Source: Myxococcota bacterium
Lineage (GTDB): Bacteria; Myxococcota_A; UBA796; SXON01
Reading direction: 5' to 3'
NCBI GenBank assembly: GCA_040386535.1
Contig: JAZKFH010000039.1
Span: 32,001 to 96,000 of the forward strand
Length of the DNA stretch: 64,000 nucleotides
In this document: positions 8,603-16,986 of the stretch, one piece after another
Layout: the number at the start of each line of letters is the position of its first letter
Position numbering within the stretch: position 1 is the stretch's first letter
The notes under the pieces: generated by a model
What the model saw: the letters and a program-made list of their open reading frames with translations, nothing else
Database searches by the model: none
Told to the model about the DNA's origin: nothing
Program-made: the position numbers and the translations under genes

Positions 8603-11600
8603 GGGGCGGCCTCCGCGGCGAGCGCACGGATGGCCTCGGCCTTGCGCAAATCCTTCGCACGGGCGGGCGGGGTGGCGACCGCCTGGTCGACGAGGGTGCG
8701 GGCCTCGGGCCCCTGGTCGAGCGCCACGAGCACCTCCGCGAGGGCGAGCAGGGTCTCCGGGGCCCCGGGCGCGAGCCGGAGAGACTGGCGAAGGAGCGGC
8801 TCGGCGGCGGCAGGGGAGAGGTGGCCGGCGCGCTCGCGGAGGCGGCGGGCCTCGTGCACGCGGTAGCTCACCTCGGGCACGTCCGGCCCCGCGACCCGCT
8901 CGCCGTCGAGGTTTCCGGCGAGCACGTCGTCCAGCGCGAAGCGCACGAAGCCGCCCGAGAGGTTGGGCGCCATCGACACGGTGATGGTGCGCGCGGTCGC
9001 GTCGATGACCACGCCGTGCGAGGCCACGTCCGCGTTGATGGCGCTCTCATGCCCCGCGGGGAGCGCGGCGCCGCCCACCCCGCCGCGGTCCCGCAGGATG
9101 GCGAGGGCGCGATCGAGGTCGATGGGGCCGAGCTCCGGGGCGATGAGCGCCTCTATGCGTGCGAGGCGGGCCACGGTGGTGCCCTCGGCCATGCGCTGCT
9201 GGTTCGCGATGTCGTCCGCGAGCGACGCGGAGCGGAAGTGGTTGGCGAGCGCGATCGCGTCCCCGGCGGGCAGCACCTGCACCTCCTCCGGCGTGACCTC
9301 GAACACCGCGCCCTCGCCACGCTTGCCGTCGACGATGAGGAGCCCCTCGGACACGAACCCGCGCCGCGCGTCGAGGATGGCGCGCGCCTCGTCCAGGCTC
9401 CGCGCCTGCTCCAGGATCTCGCGCACGATGAAGATCATCGGCGCGCCCGCCTTGATCGGCGCGTCGGAAGCGCCCGCGAGCACGGCGACCGCGATGCCCT
9501 CGGCGTTGACGCCGGACACCACGCCGGAGAGGCCCACGATCGCGACGTGCAGGAAGGGGATCGCGCCGTCCCGCTTCACGAGGACGACCGACTTGTCCTC
9601 GTCGAACAGACGCCCGCCGTCGAAGTCCCAGTTGCGGCCGATGATCCAGTGGCCGTCCGCCGTGCGCGCGCCGCCCGCGAGAAACCCGGTGCAGCCGAGC
9701 AGCGGGCTGTCCACCATGGCCTGCCCCACGTCGTGGATCGCGTGGTAGCAGAGCTTGCGCGTGTACTCGGGGGCCACCCAGCCCATGTGGTCCTCGCCCG
9801 TGTCGGTGTAGCCCCGGAGCTCTTCGAGGTAGGCCATGGGCGTCGACGCGGACATCGTGTCCGCCAAGAGCGGCACCCCGCGGACGAGCGCGTACCGCAT
9901 CAGCGGGTTGGTGACGTTGGCGTAGAACTCCTCCACGATGGAGGCCTCGTTGCGCGCGCGCAGGTCGCCGGCGAGCAGCCCCGTCGCGTAGCCGATCTCG
10001 TAGGGGGTGCCCTCGGCGCGCGCCACCCAGACACCGTGGCTGCGGGTCAGGCGGTTGGGGCCGTACCGGCGGTCGGTCGGGGAGCGGACATCGAGCTGGT
10101 ACGTGCGGAAGCTCGTCGGGGCCGGCGGGGGCACGACCCGGCCGCGCAGCGCGAGCAGGGCGTCGAGCGAGAGGGCCACGGCGAGGACGAACACGGCGCG
10201 GCGCGAGAGGCGGCGGGTGAATTCGCGGCCCTCGTCGGTGAGCACGGCGGGCACGATGAGGAAGGCGGCGCCGAACGTGAAGGTGATGCCGAGCGACATC
10301 GCCACGCCGACGCCGAACACGGCCGGGTGAGTCGCGACGGTCAGGCCGACGAAGCCGCCGAGCGCGGTGCACAACGCGACGAGGATCGCGGCGCGGCTGG
10401 CGAGCCACGCGCGCTTGCCGCTGTCATCGGGGCTCACCTGGTCGGCCTCGACCAGGAACACGCCCTGGTCGAACGCGAGGCCGAGCACGAGCACGAGCGC
10501 GGGGCCGCTCACCGGCGTGAGCGCAAAATCGGTGAGGGCGAGCACGCCGAGGGTGCCCGCGGCGGCGGCGACGGAGGGCAGCGCCGCGGCGACGAACTTC
10601 GGCACGTCGCGGTAGCGGATCGCCATGAACACGAGCACCGCGAGGAGCCCGAGCCCGGAGCGGGTGAGCAGCTCGCCGCGGATGCGCTCGGCGCCGTCCT
10701 TCGCGATGGCGGAGGGGAACACGAAGCGGGCCTCGCCGCCGGCGAGCTCGACCTCGCGGCGGGCGTACTCCAGCGCGCCGGTGGTCACGGCGTTGACGAT
10801 CGCGGCGACGGCGGCGCCATCGGGCCCGATGCGCACGGTGCGGTCGACCAGATCGGCGCCCGGCGTGCCTGCCCAGGTCGCGACGGTGGGCGTGGTGGAG
10901 GCGGCGAGCGTGGCGCGGAAGCCGGGGAGCAGGGCGTCGCCCGAGAAGCCGACCGCGTCGGCCGCGGCGAGGAACCGGGCCTCGAGCGCGGCAGGGTCGG
11001 CGAGGAGCGCGGCGCGCGCGGTCCGCTCGGAGGGGGCCGGGAGGTAGGGGAGGGGGCTCTTGACCGTCACACCGGGCGTGTTCGCGAGGCCGGCCACCGC
11101 GCGCGCGAGCTGGTCGAGCGCGGCGTCGAGCGTGGGGGCCTCGGCCACGATGAGCGCGGTGGTGCCGCTACCGCCGTACCGGGACTCGAAGGTGCGCTCG
11201 ATGGCGGCGGTCTCGGGGAGCCGGGCGTCCATCGCGCGCGGATCGCCGTCGAAATGCACGCCGAGGCCCGCGAACCCGAGCACGCCCACGCCCACCACGA
11301 GCATCGCGGCGAACGCGCCGGGGATCCGCGTCGGGAGCGGGAGGTTGGGCACGCGGTCCCCCGGGCGGGCCACGAGCGCGAACATCGTCGGCCCGCCGAG
11401 CACCACGGAGAGGAGCGCGCCGGACGCGGTGCCGATGCCGATCCACGCGAGGTCGGCCACGGCCTGGTAGCTGCTCGTCGCGAGCATGAGGAACGCGGTG
11501 AGGGTGGCGGCCACCGACATCGCGTAGGCGGGGAGCAGGTGGTGGAGGGCCCGCAGGCCGGTCTCGAAGCGCTCCTTGGCCGTGGCGGGCACGCCGTCGC

Positions 11601-12561
11601 GGATGCCCGTCAGGTACAGGTGGATCCAGTAGTCGACGCCCAGGCCCGCGAGCGCACCGCCGAACGCGAGCGCCATGCCGTGGATGGGCGAGCGCAGGGC
11701 CGCCGCCGCCGCCGCCGCCGCGCCGCCCACGATCAGCGCGGGGAGCGCGCCGAGGAGGGGGCGGACGGAGCGGAACGCGACGAGGAAGGTGAGCCCGACG
11801 AGCAGGAGCCCGGCCGTGACGGCGCGGTTGACCTCACGCGTGATCTGGTCGGCGGCCTCGGCGGCGAAGCGGTGGGAGCCGAGCCAGGTCGCGGGCAGGG
11901 CGCTCGCGGCGAGGTCCTCCTGCAGGTGCGTGATGATCGGGCTGTCGAGGGTCGTGCCGAGCGCGGGCGTGTTGGCGCGGGCCAGGATCAGCGCGTGGTG
12001 GCTGTCGTCCGCGACGAGGTGGCCGTCGCGGAGCGAGACGCCACCGAGCGCGCCGACGCCCATGACCGCGTCGGTGAAGGCGCCGCCGAAGTCGAGGGGA
12101 TCCGTCTCCAAACCGCGCGACATCATCGCGCCGGCGGGCGACAACATCCGATCACGGGCGCGCGAGAGGGCGCTGGTCATGCCCTCGGGCGTGAGCCGCG
12201 CGGCGAAGCCGGCCGTGTCCCCGAGCAGCGCCAGCGAGGGGGCCGCCGCCGTGCGGAGCGCGATGCCGTCGGCCATGCCGAAGCGGTAGCGTACGGACGC
12301 AAAATCACCGCGGGCGGCGAGCTTCGCGCCCAACGCGTCCACCGCGTCGTGGAGCACCTGCTCGGACACGCCCGTGCCGTCGACCTCGATGACGATGCTG
12401 TCGAGCAACGAGAAGCGGGAGATGTCGGCGAACGCGCGCCCGGCCTCGCCCTCCTTCGGCAGGGCCTCCGCGAGATCGGCCGACACGCGCACGCGCGTGG
12501 CAACCCCGCCGAGGACGGCCGTGACGAGCGCGAGGAGAGCGATGCGGGTGCGGGCGGTCAT
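8599..12561 (-). CDS. MMPL/RND-like lipid exporter fused to C45 (Ntn-hydrolase) acyltransferase domain and TPR-like tail
   Basis: Two TM clusters with GLGVDYWIH and GLAFDQGVF; then HDVGQ...LG|CTGF, GRNWDF, GVNAEG, ANHF. Confidence 0.85.
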   Translation of the reverse strand: MTARTRIALLALVTAVLGGVATRVRVSADLAEALPKEGEAGRAFADISRFSLLDSIVIEVDGTGVSEQVLHDAVDALGAKLAARGDFASVRYRFGMADGIALRTAAAPSLALLGDTAGFAARLTPEGMTSALSRARDRMLSPAGAMMSRGLETDPLDFGGAFTDAVMGVGALGGVSLRDGHLVADDSHHALILARANTPALGTTLDSPIITHLQEDLAASALPATWLGSHRFAAEAADQITREVNRAVTAGLLLVGLTFLVAFRSVRPLLGALPALIVGGAAAAAAAALRSPIHGMALAFGGALAGLGVDYWIHLYLTGIRDGVPATAKERFETGLRALHHLLPAYAMSVAATLTAFLMLATSSYQAVADLAWIGIGTASGALLSVVLGGPTMFALVARPGDRVPNLPLPTRIPGAFAAMLVVGVGVLGFAGLGVHFDGDPRAMDARLPETAAIERTFESRYGGSGTTALIVAEAPTLDAALDQLARAVAGLANTPGVTVKSPLPYLPAPSERTARAALLADPAALEARFLAAADAVGFSGDALLPGFRATLAASTTPTVATWAGTPGADLVDRTVRIGPDGAAVAAIVNAVTTGALEYARREVELAGGEARFVFPSAIAKDGAERIRGELLTRSGLGLLAVLVFMAIRYRDVPKFVAAALPSVAAAAGTLGVLALTDFALTPVSGPALVLVLGLAFDQGVFLVEADQVSPDDSGKRAWLASRAAILVALCTALGGFVGLTVATHPAVFGVGVAMSLGITFTFGAAFLIVPAVLTDEGREFTRRLSRRAVFVLAVALSLDALLALRGRVVPPPAPTSFRTYQLDVRSPTDRRYGPNRLTRSHGVWVARAEGTPYEIGYATGLLAGDLRARNEASIVEEFYANVTNPLMRYALVRGVPLLADTMSASTPMAYLEELRGYTDTGEDHMGWVAPEYTRKLCYHAIHDVGQAMVDSPLLGCTGFLAGGARTADGHWIIGRNWDFDGGRLFDEDKSVVLVKRDGAIPFLHVAIVGLSGVVSGVNAEGIAVAVLAGASDAPIKAGAPMIFIVREILEQARSLDEARAILDARRGFVSEGLLIVDGKRGEGAVFEVTPEEVQVLPAGDAIALANHFRSASLADDIANQQRMAEGTTVARLARIEALIAPELGPIDLDRALAILRDRGGVGGAALPAGHESAINADVASHGVVIDATARTITVSMAPNLSGGFVRFALDDVLAGNLDGERVAGPDVPEVSYRVHEARRLRERAGHLSPAAAEPLLRQSLRLAPGAPETLLALAEVLVALDQGPEARTLVDQAVATPPARAKDLRKAEAIRALAAEAAP

Positions 12562-12588
12562 GCGGCGGTCGGTGGCTCGGGGGGGCTT

Positions 12589-13209
12589 CTACCGCACCGG
12601 CGCGGGCGACGTCGGGTCGGCGACCGCGACGCCGTCCAGCTTGACCGCATGGAACACGATGTTGACGCGGTCCCCGTCGGGCTCGACGAGATCGACCGCG
12701 CGCACGCGCCACGGGCCCGGCACGAACGTGATGTCGATCGAGGCGAGGAGGCCGCGCAACGTCGGGTCCTTCGGCACGAGCACCGCGCTGGTCGCGCCGT
12801 AGGTCGTGTCGAACTCCCGCGCCACCGCGACCGCGTCGGCTTGCATCCACACCAGCAGGCTGCTCGCGAGCCGGCTCGCGTCGGGCACCTGGGCGAGATC
12901 GAAGGACTCCTTCATGCCGAGGTCCGGGTACTCCATGCGCGCCACGGAGCCGACGAGCGAGAAGGTCGACCGGCCGGGCTCGTTGACCTGCCAGGTCAGG
13001 GCGGAGCCGGTCACGCCAGCGGGCGCGCGCTCGAAGCGCACGTCTCCCCGGCTCTTCAGCGGCTGCTTCAGCACCGTGCGGGTCTGCGTCTGGTCGAAGC
13101 TCGCCTCGAGGCGCTGCACGCGCGCGAGCTCTGCCCACACGGTCGCGTCGATCGCGAAGCTCGTACCGGGCAGCAGCCCGAGCACGATCGCCGCGAGCCC
13201 CGCGCACAT
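12589..13209 (-). CDS. LolA-like lipoprotein/lipid carrier (ApeL-like)
   Basis: Signal peptide, ASFDQTQT...LKQPLKSRG, LTWQV, LVPK, VEPDGDRVNIVF; start uncertain. Confidence 0.8.
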   Translation of the reverse strand: MCAGLAAIVLGLLPGTSFAIDATVWAELARVQRLEASFDQTQTRTVLKQPLKSRGDVRFERAPAGVTGSALTWQVNEPGRSTFSLVGSVARMEYPDLGMKESFDLAQVPDASRLASSLLVWMQADAVAVAREFDTTYGATSAVLVPKDPTLRGLLASIDITFVPGPWRVRAVDLVEPDGDRVNIVFHAVKLDGVAVADPTSPAPVR

Positions 13210-13225
13210 GCTAAGGCGCCCACGG

Positions 13226-14632
13226 ATGTCAACCCTCGCGCGCGCGGCACTCCGGTGCATCGGGTCACTGAACCTCGTCGTCTTCGGCGTCTTCACCCTG
13301 CTCACCCTCCTCGTCGCGGTGCCGCTCCAGGTGCTGGCCTCGCCGTGGGATCCCGACCGTCGCGTCTCGGCGCGCGCCGCCCGCGCGGTCTGGGGCATCG
13401 GGATGATCCGCGCCCAGCCGTTCTGGCGGCTGACTATCACGGGTGTCGAGACCATGGGCCCGGGCCCCTGGATCGTGATTGCCAACCACCAGTCCATGCT
13501 CGACATTCCCCTCCTGATGCAACTTCCCGTGCCCGTGCGCGTCGTGGCCCGTCCCGGCGTGTTCCGGATGCCGGTGTTCGGACAGATGGCGCGCTTCGGA
13601 AAGCACGTGCGGCTCGACGCCGAGAGCGTGGAGGAGGGGCTCGCCCAGTGCCACCACCTGCTCGCGCAAGGCATCAGCATCGTCCTGTTCCCCGAGGGGC
13701 AACGGGGCGACGGCGCCACGCTCGGCGCCTTCCACCGCGGCGCGTTCGAGCTCGCGCTCCGGACGAACACGCCCATCCTCCCCGTCGCGATCTCGGGCAC
13801 CGCGCTCGCCCTCCCGAAGGGCAGCGCCTGGGCAAAGGTGCACATCGCGCGGTTCCACCTCCAGGTCCTCGCGCCGCTCCAGCTCGACGGAAAGAGCCGC
13901 CGTCGCCTCGCGGCCGACGCGCACACGCGCCTCGCTTCGGCGCTCGCGGGCCCGCGCCCCTGGTCGCTCGCCCGCGCCGTGGCCGAGCGCTACCGCGCGG
14001 CGGGCCGCTTCCGCATGGGGTTCGCGGCGGGCAAGGTGAGCTTCGATCCCATCTTCTGGCACCTCTGGGAGCGCCTGCCGCGCGACGGGCGCTTGCTCGA
14101 CGTGGGCGCGGGGGAGGGCCTGCTCGGCGTGTTCCTGCGCGAGGCGGGCAGTCGGCTCGTGGTCCACGGCGTCGACATCGACGAGACGCGCATCGCCGCG
14201 GCGCGCACCGCCGCCGGCACCGATGCGGGCTTGATCTTCGAGGTGGCGGACGGCGAGGACGCGCCGTTCCCCCAGGCCGACGTGGTGACGTGTATCGACG
14301 TGCTCCACTACCTGACGCCCGATCGCCAGGATCGGCTCCTGGCGCGGCTCTGCGCGGCGGTGGCCCCCGGCGGCACCCTGTACCTGCGCGATCCGGAGAT
14401 CGGCCAGGGCTTCGCCTCGTGGTGGACCGCCACCACCGAGCGGGTGTTCGTCGCGCTCGGGCGCCACCAGGGCGGGGGCGTACACGTGCGCGGCGGCGTG
14501 GCGCTCGCGGCGGTGGTCGCGCGTCACCTCGCCGATGTGCACGTGACGCGCGCGGGCACCGGCCCCTTCGCCAACGCCCTCGTCGAAGCCCGCCGCCCGG
14601 ACGACGCCGTGTCGAGCGAGCGGATAGGGTAG
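13226..14632 (+). CDS. PlsC-type acyltransferase fused to class I SAM methyltransferase
   Basis: NHQSMLD, FPEGQR, FHRGAF; then LLDVGAGEG, DVLHY, PGG. Confidence 0.85.
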   Translation: MSTLARAALRCIGSLNLVVFGVFTLLTLLVAVPLQVLASPWDPDRRVSARAARAVWGIGMIRAQPFWRLTITGVETMGPGPWIVIANHQSMLDIPLLMQLPVPVRVVARPGVFRMPVFGQMARFGKHVRLDAESVEEGLAQCHHLLAQGISIVLFPEGQRGDGATLGAFHRGAFELALRTNTPILPVAISGTALALPKGSAWAKVHIARFHLQVLAPLQLDGKSRRRLAADAHTRLASALAGPRPWSLARAVAERYRAAGRFRMGFAAGKVSFDPIFWHLWERLPRDGRLLDVGAGEGLLGVFLREAGSRLVVHGVDIDETRIAAARTAAGTDAGLIFEVADGEDAPFPQADVVTCIDVLHYLTPDRQDRLLARLCAAVAPGGTLYLRDPEIGQGFASWWTATTERVFVALGRHQGGGVHVRGGVALAAVVARHLADVHVTRAGTGPFANALVEARRPDDAVSSERIG

Positions 14633-14642
14633 GCGCCCCTCG

Positions 14643-15779
14643 ATGGCTCTTACGACTCCGCTCCAGATCTCGCGCTTCGGCGCCCTCACCTCGCTCGGTG
14701 CCACCGAGGGTGGGTTCGCGGCATTGATCGCCGGGCGCGACGGCTTCGGGCCGGGGCCCGAGTGGGTGCCGCGCGAGCAGCCCGTCGCCTGTGTCCGCGC
14801 TCCGCTGGAGGATGGATCGCGCACGGTCGCGCTCGCGTTTGCCGCGCTCGCGGACCTCGACGTCGACCCGCGCGGGCTCGCGGTCATCTTCGCGACCACC
14901 ACCTCCGACATGCTCGGCGGCGAGGCCGCGATCGAGGCGTGGGTGAAGGGGGAGCAGCCCGCGCGCCCCGTCGACTACATGTGGAGCCACCTCGCGCATT
15001 GGCCCGCCGTCGCGGTCGCCCGCCGCCTCGGCGCCACGGGGCCGGCGCTCGTCGTCTCCACCGCGTGCACGAGCGGCACGGTCGCCATCGGCGTCGGCGC
15101 CGATCTCGTGCGGGCGGGCCGGTGTCGTCGCGCCCTCGTCATCGGCGCGGACGCGTTGTGCCGCACCACCGTCTCCGGCTTCCGCAGCCTCTCCGCCTAC
15201 AGCACCACCCGGTGCCGCCCGATGGACAAGGCGCGCGACGGCATGGCGATCGGCGAGGGCGCCGCGTGGCTCCTCCTCGAGCCGCGCACCGCGTCGCCGG
15301 CGGCTGGCGGGGCCCGGTTCTCCCTGATCGGCGTGCAGACCGCGTCGGACGCGTACCACCTCACCGCGCCCGATCCGGAGGGCTCCGGCGTGCTCCGCGC
15401 CATCGCCGGCGCGCTCGCTGGCGCTCCGGGGCTCGGCCCCGCGGACATCGACCACGTGAACGCCCACGCCACCGGCACGGACGCGAACGACGCCGCGGAG
15501 GCCGCCGCCATCTTTCGCGCCGCCCCCCGCGCCGCCATCTCCGCCACGAAGGGCGCGAGCGGCCACACGCTCGGGGCCGCGGGCCTGGTCGAGGCCGTGT
15601 GGCTCCTCCAGTCGATGGACGCGGGCGTGATCCCGCCCGTCGCCGGCCTCCAGGATCCCGTCGAGGGCGTGGACGTCTCGCCCACCGTGCGTAGCCGCGA
15701 GCAGACGGTGGGCGTGTCGATCAACCTCGCGTTCGGCGGCCACAACGCGGCTGTCGCCTTCCGCCGGGAGCCCTCGTGA
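14643..15779 (+). CDS. Beta-ketoacyl synthase (ApeO-like)
   Basis: STACTSG, NAHATGT, KGASGHTLGAAG, NLAFGG. Confidence 0.9.
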   Translation: MALTTPLQISRFGALTSLGATEGGFAALIAGRDGFGPGPEWVPREQPVACVRAPLEDGSRTVALAFAALADLDVDPRGLAVIFATTTSDMLGGEAAIEAWVKGEQPARPVDYMWSHLAHWPAVAVARRLGATGPALVVSTACTSGTVAIGVGADLVRAGRCRRALVIGADALCRTTVSGFRSLSAYSTTRCRPMDKARDGMAIGEGAAWLLLEPRTASPAAGGARFSLIGVQTASDAYHLTAPDPEGSGVLRAIAGALAGAPGLGPADIDHVNAHATGTDANDAAEAAAIFRAAPRAAISATKGASGHTLGAAGLVEAVWLLQSMDAGVIPPVAGLQDPVEGVDVSPTVRSREQTVGVSINLAFGGHNAAVAFRREPS

Positions 15780-16600
15780 GGGCGGTCATCGGCGGCGCGC
15801 GCACCTGGTCGCTCGGCGGGGCGGACGTCGATCCGGGCGCCCTCCCCGAGCTGCCGGAGGGCCGCTCCTTCCACGTCGCGCCCGATCCGCAGCGCCCCGA
15901 GTCCCTCGCCGCCGGGACCTGGCGCCGCATGAGCCGCGTCGCCCGCATCGCCGCCGCGTGCGCCGCCCCGCTCGTGGAGTCGCGCGCCGACCGGGACACC
16001 CTCGCGTTGTTCTGGGGCACCGGCATCGGCGAGTTCTCGAGCACCGCGAGCTTCCTTCGGACCCACTTCACCAAGGGCGCCGCCGGCGCGAGCCCGCTGT
16101 TCTTCCAGAACGCCGTCCACAACGCGGCTGCCGGGCATCTCTCCATCGCGTTCGGCCTGCGTGGCCCCTCCGAGACGCTCTGTGCGGGCCCGATGACCTC
16201 CATCCGGACGCTCGAGCGCGCGCTGGTGTGGGTGTCCCTCTACGAGCGGCCCGCCCTCGTGCTGGTGGCGGACGATCTCGGGCCCGACGTGCAGCAGGGC
16301 TATGTGTTCGCGGGGGCCGACGCGCCGATGGGGGAGGGGGGCGCGGCGCTCCTGCTGCTGCCCGACGGAGACGGTCCGGAGCTCAGCTGGGAGGACGCGC
16401 CGCCCGCCGCCGGCGACTGGCACCGTCGCTTCGCGTATCCGTTGGAAGCGCCGCTCTCCCCCCCTTCGGGCCCCGCCCACGACACCCGCCTGGGCCTGTT
16501 CCCCGCGGTCGACCTCGTGGCGCTCGCCGCGTGCGTCCGGACCGGCGGCACGGTCGCGTGGGGCGGCGACGCGCCCGTGCGCCTCGTGGTCCGCGCGTGA
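15776..16600 (+). CDS. Ketosynthase chain length factor (ApeC-like)
   Basis: WRRMSR, SPLFFQNAVHNAAAG; truncated KS fold without catalytic motifs; GTGA coupling. Confidence 0.8.
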   Translation: MRAVIGGARTWSLGGADVDPGALPELPEGRSFHVAPDPQRPESLAAGTWRRMSRVARIAAACAAPLVESRADRDTLALFWGTGIGEFSSTASFLRTHFTKGAAGASPLFFQNAVHNAAAGHLSIAFGLRGPSETLCAGPMTSIRTLERALVWVSLYERPALVLVADDLGPDVQQGYVFAGADAPMGEGGAALLLLPDGDGPELSWEDAPPAAGDWHRRFAYPLEAPLSPPSGPAHDTRLGLFPAVDLVALAACVRTGGTVAWGGDAPVRLVVRA

Positions 16601-16986
16601 TCCCGCACACCCTCCCGATGCGCTTCCCCCTCTTCGGCGGCCCCCTCCAGTGGCGGGTGCGGCTCCCGGATGCCCACCCCCTCTGCGTCGACGGGGTGTA
16701 CCCGACCCTCGCGCTGATCGAGCTCGCCGCGCAGGCGGCGGGGTGGGCGGTGGTCGAAGCGCTCGCGTCCGAGGCCCGCGACGCGGGGTGTGAACCCGCG
16801 GCGCACGGCGGCATGTTGGTCGAGGTCGAGTCCGCTACGTGCGAGCGCCCGGTCGTCCCGGCCGGAGAGGTGCTCACCGTCGACGTGTTGCAGACCCGGG
16901 TGATGGGCGCGCTCCGCCGCTACATGGTCCACGTGCACGGGGTGCTCCGCGTGGGTGTCACCCTGCGGATCGGCGGGCCGTCGTGA
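16597..16986 (+). CDS. Hotdog-fold dehydratase (ApeP-like)
   Basis: IPHTLPM, LIELAAQAAG, GML; coupled on both sides. Confidence 0.7.
   Translation: MIPHTLPMRFPLFGGPLQWRVRLPDAHPLCVDGVYPTLALIELAAQAAGWAVVEALASEARDAGCEPAAHGGMLVEVESATCERPVVPAGEVLTVDVLQTRVMGALRRYMVHVHGVLRVGVTLRIGGPS

Noticed and set aside
8821..14727. 1968-aa plus-strand ORF and other very long overlapping ORFs (e.g. 30396-33908, 36478-39582, 57255-60404)
   Set aside because: Shadow frames of real genes in high-GC DNA; Arg/Gly/Ala-rich with no motifs
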